Shown here piece after piece: positions 26,930-38,564 of a stretch of DNA of 64,000 nucleotides. Position 1 is the stretch's first letter. The number at the start of each line of letters is the position of its first letter. The translations under genes and the position numbers were made by a program. Location: the NCBI GenBank assembly GCA_035084275.1, contig CM068750.1, positions 10,850,001-10,914,000 of the forward strand, in the 5' to 3' direction. The notes beneath the pieces were generated by a model. That model did no database searches and was not told where the DNA came from. It saw only the letters and a list, made by a program, of their open reading frames with translations. The stretch comes from Hydrolagus colliei. Its lineage: Eukaryota.

Positions 26930-27764
26930 TAGGTACCTCGCCCCAAAAACGGTCTTGTCAACCGCTAAACTCACTTACCCACGGTTTGCTAAATGCAACA
27001 ACCCTTGCTAACCACGCAATGGTTATAACCCTTGCTTATCCGTGGAATTTAACACTAGCGTTTGGCGCTAGGACCCACTTGCATCAACCAGCTTTGTGCT
27101 AGCGTCTGGCGCTAGGACCCAGTTGCAATGTAGGAATCAACCAGCGAGATGTCGCTTCTCTTTTAGGATTAAGGTAAATCTCCGTTGATTTCTCTCTCTC
27201 TCTCTGTGTCTGTAGATCCTGGCAGCCAATGCTCCCAAACTTACTCCTGCTATCAGCATGTCACCCTCCCCCCCCCACCGTCCGTGTCACCCTCCCCCAC
27301 ACCCTCCGTGTCACCTCCCCCACCCTCCATGTCAGCGCCCACCCTCCGTGTCAGCCCCCACCATCCGTGTCACTCACTCCACCCTCCGTGTCAGCCCCCA
27401 CCCTCCGTGTCACTCACTCCACCCTCCGTGTCACCGCCCCCACCCTCCGTGATGTGGTCACACACCACATCACCTTCTGCACACGCCTCTCCCACCCTCC
27501 GTGTCACCCCTCCCCACCCTCCGTGTCACCCCTCCCCACCCTCCGTGTCACCCATCACATCACCTTCTGCACACCCCCCCCACTCCCATCCACCATATCA
27601 CCCACCATGATATTTCTATGTTTTTTTGTGTTTAGTTCTACGAAACGCAAACTTGCTCCCCCTATCCCCATGTTTCCCGTAGGGCGCTGCATTTTCCAAT
27701 CGCGATTTTACCAACCACGGAGGTTTACAGGAACGTATCCTCCGCGGTTGGGGAGAGATACCTG
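26930..27764. mobile_element. Non-autonomous Tc1/mariner (Tigger/pogo-like) DNA element with TIRs and TA target duplication
   Basis: Left end TA|taggtacctcgccccaa; right end ttggggagagatacctg|TA. The 17-bp TIR has 3 mismatches; no transposase ORF. Confidence 0.7.
27258..27605. repeat. C-rich minisatellite inside the MITE; unit about 21-23 bp, core ccaccctccgtgtca
   Basis: More than ten variant copies of ccaccctccgtgtca(c/g)ccc. Explains the Pro-rich ORFs at 27185-27783. Confidence 0.92.
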
Positions 27765-30700
27765 TATATCTTTGTTTTTTTAACATTACACTTATAGATA
27801 TCTTTGCTTTTCTGATTATTTATACTTAGAACAAGCCACCCTTACACTATCGACTGACATGATTTCTGTAACTATAACTTGTTACATTTGGACAGTTATT
27901 TACGATCTTTATTTTTAAATAAAAGATCAAATTGCTCCATAATACCTATTTCATTGAGTACTGGTTTACCTTTGAAGCAATTCATTAAACCCAAAATCAA
28001 TTTGCTTCCTTTGCACATTGGGTATCCAACAGGGTCTTTTATGATTGCGGTTTCCAAGGTGATTGTGGGCACATCGTACCTGGATGACACTGGTGTCATG
28101 AAAATGAATGAAGAATAAAGTGCACCAAGTCATGCAAATGTACATGCCATTACTGCTAATATTTCTCATTAAGTATGCACATTTTCATTGAAGTCTCTCG
28201 GTCATAATCTTCTGAATTTGATGTTGCTCATAAAAGTGATTTATCTACTACAACTATAATAGGAAATTATTTTTCCTAACTGAGATAGCTCCCTCAGTAT
28301 GGCCCTGAATAGTCTTGAAATAACTGTGTTAGTTAACTGAGACCAAAAATCTGAGGGTATATTCTGCGGCCCATGAGACAGGCGTACGTAAAGATCATTT
28401 TATTGTAATAGTTAAGCTCGTGGGAATTATTTTGATTATCGCCACTGTTCTGGCAGTAACTGCACAAATTGCTATCAATAGGTGTGTTTGGGCTCTCAAA
28501 ACTGCTGTTAACATGAAAAGAAACAAACTATGAATGGCAGTTAGTTGCATGACTGCACTATCTACTACCACTGAACAGGAGGTAGATAGTCGTAGCAGAA
28601 CTGTGTTAAGGTGACCCCTGCTGTCTACTGACACATCTGCAAATTCACAGGATCAACACTGTCTTAAGCGATAAAGCCTTGTGGCTAACAGCAGTGAAGA
28701 GTTTTCTGTTTAGATGTGTTTCTAAGTGCGTGCGGGACTGAGACTATTGCACTGTTGCTCCTTATCTGATATACAATATTTGTAAAGGCTGATGCTTGCT
28801 CCCAACATTCACTTCCAAGAGCTTTGTGCAACCTCTTCTATGTTCTATGATGCCAGCAATTGATTTTCTCCCACCAAAGGATTTTCTCTCCTTCCTGACA
28901 GGGCAATCTAATGACCCATAAAAAATTGATTTACAAATTCTGGGACACGACCAGAAAAGTTAACCTTTAGCAGAATTGCTTCCCATAACTACTTTTTTTT
29001 AACTAAAATTGGAACCTCCTTTTGAAACAGGAATCATTTAAAATAGTTTTTTTTTCCTTTAACAGTCTACAAAGACAAAATATTTAGGCTCAATTATATA
29101 GCTCTGAACTTACCAAACGTCTCCTCACTTTGTGATAGGTAATTACACTAAAGCACGTGATATAATCCCTACATTCACTCAATTATTCCATGGGTCCCAG
29201 TAACCTTCCCATCATCCTATGTGCAGCAGCTCACAGGACCAACCACCTCCTGCTGATCCCTGGACCTGAGATCCCCTTTAGCTAACTCCCTGACATTTCC
29301 ATGAACTACACGGCTGAAACGTTATACAGTAATTAATGTTGATCCTAGCACACACGCAGCCTGCAGTACAAATTAGGATGGAAAAGGTTATCATAATATT
29401 TTGCTAGTCCATTTGGCAGAGCTGAACAGCTCCCTGTGGGAGATGTGTAGAAACTGCAGTTTGAAGTTTGTTTTGGGATTGCACTTTCAAGCTGCCTGCA
29501 CATTTTTAAAATACGCTGGAAAAACTTTATGGCAAATAGTTGGTCATTCTGTATCATTTGAATTCAGCAGTTGAGTTCCTTATAGATTGCCTGAATTGCG
29601 TGACTTTGACAGTAAATATGTTTATATCATAGTTGAGGTAATGTGGCGTGAAATCGTAACAGTAATGTTACTGAAATTCCAAGCCAAACCAGCAGAGTTC
29701 AATTCCAGATACAACCAACAGCTGGAACTCTTCTTGCTCTCTACGACGTCTGAAAAAACACCCAAAGACTAAATAATTTAGATTAAATATTTCTGACCTA
29801 TATAATTGTTTAAGAGGTATTCAGTCACTTACTGAAAGAAGTCAACCATCTGTGGAACCAAAGGAGGCTGTAATTGTACTTTGAAATGGACTTGCGTTTG
29901 GTTAGTAGATTAATTATATACTGTGAAGACGGTGATTAAAATGTATTGAATGAGTCAGGAGGACATTGCACTGCAATAATCTTGGTACATTTGCTTCTAA
30001 AGATGGACTATGAATTATAATACTTGGTGGCATTTGAAATCCTATCAAACCTCCATCACATTACTGTACTTAGAAGCAACTAAACCATTTATTCGTTATA
30101 TTATAGAGGCCTCTTCAGAATCTATTGAGGCTGCTTAAACGTCTCAGGAACAGTTTCATACTCAAAGACTGATTGGCTTCATGTAAAACAAAAGTTTATA
30201 ATACTATCCAAGCAAGTCATTACACCCTTCAAAATCGGTAGGTGCGCAATAAAAAGTGCAGTGCTTTAGACTTCTCATCTAGCTATTTTTTTGTAATGCC
30301 AGTGTTAATAGGTATACTTGCCAGCATAAAAATATATGGCTGTGGTAAAGTAGAAGAATCCCTGCTGCTCCACTTCAACCGTGATGGAAACGTTTGAGTT
30401 GCTGGTAAAAATACCTACTCATCACTCATTACGTGAAGTCAAAATCTGCAATCACAACAGAGGGAAAGCTTCTAGTAATATCTACAGATTATATTAAGCC
30501 TGTAGTTTGACTTAACTCATTTTTGATTGGAAGTTTTAATTTACTTTGCTCTTTTCATGCTGTAAAATATAACTTTATACATTGGTACTGATATCAAAAT
30601 TGATGTCTCTTTTAAAATTTGCAATTTGTCCACCCAATTATCACAAATACCTGAAATGAGGAAACCCAGTAAATGTTCAGTAATTGAGCAGTGCTATGGG

Positions 30701-31192
30701 TTTCTAAACCTGTGCCAACAGCTTTATTTGGTCAACACCTGGAAGAAGCCCGTCCTGTAAATTTCCAAGCACGTTGCGTTCAATTCACTCCAATAGATAA
30801 TAGTTCTTGCATTTAATATAGTGCCTTTCATGCTGGGATGATGGCTTAAAGTGCTTTACAGGATCCAAGGTAAAGATAGGAAGAGAATTTTTAAAAATGT
30901 TTTTTAGTCAACCCAAATGTAATTTAGGGATTTTTCATTTCCATTCTACTTTATAATTAGTATGAATATAACCTTTTGATGCAGAGTGGAATGTCAGCAT
31001 CAAACTAAAAATGCACGATTTTAAAAATGGATTTACTCCAAAAACACTGAATAAGAAATGTTCTAAGGTTGTGTGTTCCTTATAATGTTTTTTTGATAGT
31101 TCTCACACTTTTTTTAAAGTGCAAGCTGTGGTGCATTTAAATGATTAACAAAATTGACATCTTCTGTTAGATTAATAAATTAACAAGAATAG

Positions 31193-31445
31193 TAATAAGA
31201 ACCATAAGAAATGCTAGACAAAAGAAATCCAAGGTCCATCTAGTTCGCTTTCCACCTTCTTGGCAGTAGCATGTATATGTCCCAACCTACCTATGTACTA
31301 TACACCATAATGTTGTTTCCCAGAAGAAAACTATCCAATCTGTGTTTGAAGGAATCAACATTTCCTTCATCAACCATCTCCCTAGGGAGCCTGTTCCACA
31401 GAGTGTGTGTCCGGAGTGGAAAGGGATGGAGAACATGTGTGTTCT
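31193..31445 (-). mobile_element. CR1-clade LINE 3' end
   Basis: ORF 31291..31473: LWNRLPREMVDEGNVDSFKHRLDSFL is a CR1 ORF2 C-terminus; terminal octamer-like repeat ttcttatggttcttat. Confidence 0.8.
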
Positions 31446-31813
31446 TATATGTAAATTTAAACATAGTCATCAAATTTAAAAGTGCAGAATGTTGCGTCCT
31501 GCAAAGTTGACTTCATCAATGAGGACAAGCGAGGAATCCATAAATTGGTCAACTTACAGCTTGTTTACTATCTTCTTGAGAAATTGTGTTGAATTGTTCT
31601 AATGATAATTTAATGACAATTATTGGCAAATGTTCTTTGCTCACATTTCAATAATTAAAATATTTTTTTCTTTGTGCTTTCTATGGATCAGATTTACTGT
31701 AGAAAGGTAGCCTTGAAACGGTTACTATTTGCTTAATTTACTCTCGATTTAAACTGTTGCATTATTGATGCCTTACCTGGGAAATGTTGTTGTGGAGTTG
31801 CGTTGGTCACTGC

Positions 31814-31844
31814 CTGCCCTCTGGTGACTGCATTGTAAAATGCA
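31814..31844 (-). promoter_or_regulatory. Candidate CTCF site with upstream module
   Basis: Minus-strand core TCACCAGAGGGCAG (1 mismatch); TGCAT lies 12 nt upstream. Confidence 0.5.
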
Positions 31845-32083
31845 TTTGTCTTTTAGCTGCAAGCTTGCTTCCTGCAGCTGCCATTCTAGTTTGAGGGTAT
31901 TTGTTATCCATGAACGTTCCACCTACCTCTGCATCACAAAGTATTCAAAGGATTTTTATGTAAGTTAAAACATTGTTAATAACAGCTGTCACAATGTGTA
32001 CTGTGTACGCAGTGTGTATGCAATATGCATTACCTCTGCACAGTCTCCAGTTTTTGAATGCAAGTCATTTTCCTAAAGATATT

Positions 32084-32639
32084 AATATAACATTGAAAGC
32101 AAAGATCAATCACTGTACATTAGACAAAGGAATTTCATTAACTGGAGTCAGACAGTTTGCTGTACTCTGTGAAAGGCATTATTAAATAGCTTTTTCTATT
32201 TCTTTCTTTATTGTTCATCTATCTGAGCAGCTGGTTGGCTAATCTCATAGATTACATGGGTTGAGAATGCTTTTGCTGAAAGATTCTTTTTGAAAAAAAC
32301 TATTGTTTATGCATCGATTAAGGTTTACTTAAAGAAACTATTTGTAAATCTTTGATTTTAGGTTTCATTTCCAATCATCTACCTCACATTTCCAGATAAA
32401 CACTTATGATTCTATAATGTCTGAAAGGATTCCCTTTCACTGAATATGAGGAAATTAAAAAATTCAATTCAATATAATTATTTTAGCAAATCTTCCATTA
32501 TCCTGGCCTCAGTACTTGATGCTTTTGAAGCTTAACTGTATTTTGAACATGAATATAACCTGTAAAGCAAAATCAATCATTGTACACGAGACAAAGAAGT
32601 TTCCTTAACTGGAGTCAGCTTATGGTACTGTTTGAAAGA
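32084..32639 (+). repeat. Diverged ~90-bp direct repeat (32084-32176 and 32552-32639)
   Basis: Both copies share aatataac..aaagcaaa.atcaatca.tgtaca..agacaaag...tttc.ttaactggagtcag...gtact...tgaaag. Confidence 0.85.
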
Positions 32640-33346
32640 TCTCATTTTAGAAGAAACGATCAATTATTTCTATTGTATACAAAAGTGATCATTACTGTTG
32701 CGATTTATTTTAATTTATATACTGCCGCTGCTTTTTATCTATGTCACAAGAGGTTTTGTATGGTTCATGTACATCTTAATGTGTCTTTTATGTCTTTTGT
32801 CCACCAATCCATTAGGAATAATGCTTTGGCCAAAAAAGGTTCACAGTTCTGCTGATAGATAAATTGTGTGATGTCTGCATAGTCCATTTTCATCGGAATG
32901 CACACAAACTGCCAAGTACTTAAAGGTTTCACAAACATATCAAAAACACAAGGAAAGGGTCACTGCTCCTATTGCCGAATGTTTGTTATTCAATGATAAA
33001 GAGATAGTTGGAATGCAATTTTTTTTCTCTCGGATACTGCTGGAAATGATAGGCGTACTTCACAGATGTAAAATGTTTGTTGTGAAGACCCATCTGTTTA
33101 CAGGTGCAGAATGCCCTGGGGAGGAGCAAAACTGATATCCCTCTGCAGGTGCAGGTTCAATAACAGGAAGTTACTCATCCTCTCAGTACTAATGCTCTAT
33201 CATCCTCCAATTGCCTAAATTCTACCACATAGTCCTTAAAATGGAAAAAATCATTCTATAAGCGTTAATAACCATGGAAAACATTCGCAGCAAATAAATT
33301 GCAGCTTTGATGTTTCTTTAATGTGTGATAAATATGGATTGTACAT

Positions 33347-33634
33347 GATCCTTGCATTTGATATAGCGCTTTTCACATCTTCTAGATGTCTCAAAGCCCT
33401 TCACAGAATATACTATAAAGTGAATTGACTGTATACTTGTGGACGAAATGTAACAGGCAATGTCCCATAAACAATTGTGGATTGAGTTGACCAATATTAT
33501 TATTTTTTTCAAAGGATTATTATTAGGCATGTGGAGTAAGGAAACTTGCTCAAGGTTTCGCCCTGCCAGGAATCGAACCCATGTCTCTCATTTGTAAGGG
33601 GAAAGCTCTAACCACTGAGCTGCAGGACTACACA
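33347..33634 (-). mobile_element. tRNA-derived SINE, full length
   Basis: A box AGCTCAGTGG and B box GGTTCGATTCC on the minus strand; same body and tail as the other copies. Confidence 0.9.
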
Positions 33635-34385
33635 TGGAACTTTGCAAAATTGGCAGATGATTTTGATTTTTAAACTAGTAATAACAGAGCTGGTTAAATA
33701 ATAATCTTGATTCCTATCCTGTTAATAACTGCAACTATACCCATAATTATGTTTTATGTTTCGTTTCTATGATAATTGTCCTGTGGGATTACATATTATG
33801 GTTTATTTAAGGCATTGCCAGTTGTGTATACCTTAATATCTGCGGTGTATCGTTCTGGGCAACAATTCAGATGGCTTGTTGTTCCTTGTTTTGATGTAAA
33901 TAAGCATCACGTGAGCTGAGTTCCATATCTCTTCCCACTCCACCAATGGCTCATTTAGTCAATGTTCTCTTTCCCATGCCAAATGATAGCCCATTTCCAG
34001 TAAGAATCTGCCACCAATTTAACTCTTTGAAACCGCAGCAGATTTCCATGTGTTTAATCTAGGCTTGGCTGGAGTTCCAGATGCTGGAGATACAAACTCA
34101 GACACTGCCTCTTTTAATTAATCTCAATGCAATTGTAAGTAGAATTGGCACTGAAGTGAATGTACAGGTGGAAGTGGAAAAACATACTTGCAGTGGGTGG
34201 CATATGCTAAGCCAGTGAGTAAGGCAAAATAATCACCTTATTAAATGGCTCTGTACTCTAATGCCCTAATGAGTTGTGATATTTGAGCGACTGTTTGAGG
34301 AGGACAAAGGAATCAATAAGTAGTTTGTAGATGTTAGACGAAATTCTTATTTGGTGTTTGTGGAAACAATCCATATCTGCAAACA

Positions 34386-34574
34386 GCTACAGGATTGACA
34401 AAAGTAGAAGCCATTTGTAGCTCACAATTGTCCTTAGATATATCTCAGGTCTCACTGAAAAGCAAAAAAGTTCTTGAATTACTTCGATTATCCTCAGTTA
34501 TTCAGCAAGATCTGAGATATATTTAAGGACTATTGTGAGCTACAAATGACTTCTACTTTTATCAATCCTGTAGC
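34386..34574. repeat. Long inverted repeat: 74-bp arms, 41-bp spacer
   Basis: 34386-34459 against the reverse complement of 34501-34574: 67/74 identical, ungapped. Confidence 0.93.
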
Positions 34575-37500
34575 CATTTCCACCTAAAATGTGCCAATGT
34601 ATGCAATGATGGGACAAGCAACATGATGATGTTATAATACCTTCTTGCCTGACAACTTTTTGTATTCTAAATTCACAAGAAGTACAGTATGCCAATAAAC
34701 TGCAGAGCTGATATAAAACATTAAGAGTTATGATTTTGCTGCAGTTTTCTTTTTGTACTAATTATCAATTAACCTTTTCCAAAAGGATAAAAATCACCTA
34801 GAGTCTGAATAGGATTCCCGGATTAACCAACCGTGTTACTAATCCTGCATACTATTCCTGAGTTTTTATTTAAATCATAGTTTTACTCTAAAACTCAGGG
34901 GAAAATACAAAGAGCACCTTGTAATAGCTGCAAATATATATTATAATGTGAACTACAATGTGAACTTTCTCTTCTGAAGCATTGTTGTTCTGGCTGTGCA
35001 ATCAACTGCGCCTGTCTGAAAACACACTTAACAAGTTGACAAAATGCCCTTTGCTCCAGTGTCTAAATAACCTTGTTAAAACTATTTTTTTAAATTCGAG
35101 AACAAGAATGCTCCTGTGGTTGCAAATTTGATCAAGTAAATCTTGCATTGTTCTGTATTGGGAATTTGAATACTGAAGTTTGGGTACTTCTGTACTGAAA
35201 AATTAGTTACGTTACTGTGTTGAAAAAGTTACTATTTCTCCTTCAGATGTAACTCATTGTTTGACCCTGGGCAGACCTTTTGATAAGTTTGGTAGCATAA
35301 TTCTTCAGCATTCAATTAAAGCTGAAATCAATGGTATTTGTTGTGACCCTTACTTACAAGAAGGTGGTTTCTTTGATCTGACAGCAGGATTAAGCAGATT
35401 CACTAATTCTCAAAGTCAAATGAATTATTTTACGGTTTCTACTTTAATCTTTAAAAGTCAACAACATTACTTTTACTTCAGCTAACCTTTTCTTACGCAA
35501 ACCAGATAAAGGTTATTTTTTTCAGTGAAGCAAATGTTGCATTGCATCTGTTTTGAAGTCTGTTAGTTTGGAAACGTAGTATGTTAGCTACTAAACATAG
35601 TGTTCCAGTGGAGAAAGAAATCGGACAACAAAGAAACCTCATTTCCTTATCATTTGATCATTCCTTGGACATGAGTGCTTCACACCTTTCTGAGCCAACA
35701 GCTTCCTTGTACACCTGCTCACTGGTCTCATCAATTTTATTTTAGCAAAGTAGTTTCCTTTCAGTTTGTCCACCAAAAGATGGCAAGAGGGATAACTGAG
35801 TCAAATAGCTAAGCATTGCTCGTCTTTATCTTGATCGCCTTGTTTGTTTTTGCATTGATGTATGTAATGAAACAAAGAGGATTTAATCATGTTAAACAAA
35901 AGGCTATTGGTACCCAGAGGGATCTCATTTACTTTGCTCTCAGTGTGCCAGTTTCATGTTGCACTTCTTCCTCTTTGTCGATGCACTACACTGAGTTTCC
36001 TACCTGAGGCTTAGAATTGGTAGGTGTGAAACTCAGCAATTGTTTTGACAGGTGCTCTTTACCAAACAACAATGCAAGAGAGGCATCGCCCATGCACATA
36101 ACAGTAACCTCTGATATGCTAATTACTGTATTTACCAAACTTTTCCCCTTAATGAGGTTTAGTAGCTTTGTAACCACTGACATGATGTGATTTTCGTGCT
36201 ATGATTTGAATTTAATCCACTATTCATTTTGTGCTCAATAAGGTGACCCAGCAGTAATAAGGTCAAAATACCTGGAGTGAGGAGGACTACATTAGTCACG
36301 AGTGAGTTAGAAAGGTCTTCCTCATGAGCGGCATTATCCACTGACTATTCTACTTGCACTGAGTGTCCCCCCAAAAATGTTGTTGTTATTGTTGTTAGAG
36401 ATTACCAAATGACAATCCCACCAATTCTGTGAAACACCTTTCATCCCTCTATAGAGTTATTTGGTCACTGGTAAAATCCAGTGAGTAACAATTTTGAGCT
36501 ATTATAAGATCAAATAATCCACTCTTTTAATTGCTGCTTACATAGCTATTGAAAACATTTGCCTCTGAGATTGATAATTCTCAATGAGAGAGTTTTGAAC
36601 GTCATTGCCAAATGCAGGTGTTGCATTTATGGATTTAAATAAACGCTGCTATTTATACCTTCCCTTTTGAGTTTGGAAATATGGAATTGGTGATGAGAGA
36701 CATTGATAGACTTCTGAATCATTATTTCATCAATATTTGCAGCTCTGCTATCAATTCTAAATTACTTCATGTTTGGGACTGTAACAATTAAAATTGATTC
36801 ACTTGAATGTGTGCTACAGAGATTGATGATTCAACAGCAAATTGGGAAAGAAAATATGAATCTAGTATAGATATGATCTTGATGTCCAGCTGGAATAATT
36901 TGAATTGGTGTGGAATGTATTTTTACTCAATGGAGTGAAAGCTGAAAATGGTATGAATCTTCTATTTTATAAAGCAACATTGTTGTTTTTATGACCCATT
37001 ATGATTTCCTTGTGGAATGAGGAGATAGCTTAATGGGAAGTATAATGGTGTACAATATAGTAGAGTTTCTGGACACAACTTTTCAGGTCAAATGAAGCGA
37101 AGGAGCAATTCTTTTTGCTTAAAGAACATCTTTCTTCTGCTGTTCGCAATGCTCCTACTTTTTAGTTGCAGCTCTTAAGGGAATAGATGAGATGTCAACT
37201 AATACAGGTGTTCATTGAACCTGAGGCATTTAGCAGGCCCTACAAAAGATAATTAACATTTTGTTTAATTGCTGCCCTATGACCCTTTTCATTCCCATTT
37301 TAATTCTCAATTTCTCAAACAAAAGTCTATCCCTCCAGCTATGTTAGCATCAGAAATTGACATTTGCTTCTTCAGATTACATGAACTACTTTACCCTGAC
37401 ACCATGGCATTTTGATAAGAAGCAAGAACTTCACTTTCAGTCATTGTAATCAGCCAAAGGAAATTTTAAGATTAAAATTTAGAATTTATTTTTTTAAATT

Positions 37501-38009
37501 CTATTTCTTTCCCTCATCCACTCCTTTGTGTAAGTGACAAAAAAAATCTTAGTACATTCTGACTATGTTGAAAAGATTATTTATGTTAAATTAAGAGGTT
37601 ATGTCATCTTCCTTTCACCTCATTTCCCCCCACCTGCACCAATATACACAGACAATTTTGGCATGAATTTGTGCCTAGAGCTGAACGTCAATAAGATTGA
37701 AGATGTATTGTTTAGCTCTCACCAGTACCTATTAGCAGTGTTTCTGATAACAACGATTTCCTTGGCTGTTAATATTTTTCCTCTTTAGGATGCTCTGTGA
37801 CTTTACTCCTCTGGAATATGGTCGGTGCTTCATTATGTTTATAGCAGTTTGCTTGACACAGAAAAGCGCACACGTTTCCCTCTCATTGACAGAAGCCTGA
37901 ATGAAGGATAGTTTAATGAACTGAACTAATTTTTTGAAACTTGCTGGAAGTTTTGTACATATGGTGCATCGTACCTTGATTACAGGTCAATAGAAAGTTC
38001 TACAAAATA

Positions 38010-38100
38010 TATAGTCACCACACTTTAAATGCAATGAAGAGCTTTGAGATGTCCTTCTAACATGAAAAGCACTCTATCGAATGCAAGGATTAATGTTATT
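38010..38100 (+). mobile_element. SINE 3' fragment
   Basis: tgaagagctttgagatgtcc ... gaaaagcactctatcgaatgcaaggatt. Confidence 0.7.
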
Positions 38101-38517
38101 TAAATTAATCCAAAAGAAATATTTGAGATTTTTTTTTTAAACTTTAAATTAATTTTGATCCAGTTCAAATTATGTACCCATTTTATTTGTATGTGTTTCA
38201 ATGCACAACAATGTGTCTTTGAGGAGACCTTTCCTGCATTCTAAATTAAGTAATTGATTAACTAAAGTGAAAGCAAGAAACTGCAAAGATTATGCATTTT
38301 TACTTTTTGGAGGATCTCTCCTATGCCTTGCATTTCTTTAGAATTATTCTAACTCATGGGTGAACTAACTTAATTATAACAAGATAATTGTGCTTTGCAA
38401 ATTATTGTTGTTAAGTGTAAATGTGTAAATAAACTTTTTAAGCACTTTACCATAGAGTGCAATCTCATCACAGTATTTATTCATTTAGATGTTAACGAAG
38501 CAATAAATTAAGTTTAT

Positions 38518-38564
38518 TGCTGTCTGGTATGAAATATGGAGTGCATATTTCATACCAGACAGCA
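38518..38564. repeat. Perfect 21-bp inverted repeat with 5-nt loop
   Basis: tgctgtctggtatgaaatatg-gagtg-catatttcataccagacagca. Confidence 0.95.

Noticed and set aside
27258-27605. CRISPR-like array
   Set aside because: Eukaryotic context, degenerate tandem units without unique spacers, no cas genes.
27185-27783. Pro/His-rich ORFs of 141 and 184 aa
   Set aside because: Translations of the C-rich minisatellite; open in several frames only because the unit lacks stop codons.
34857-34899. Hairpin cctgagtttt...aaaactcagg
   Set aside because: A 10-bp stem with a long loop is within chance expectation in AT-rich DNA.
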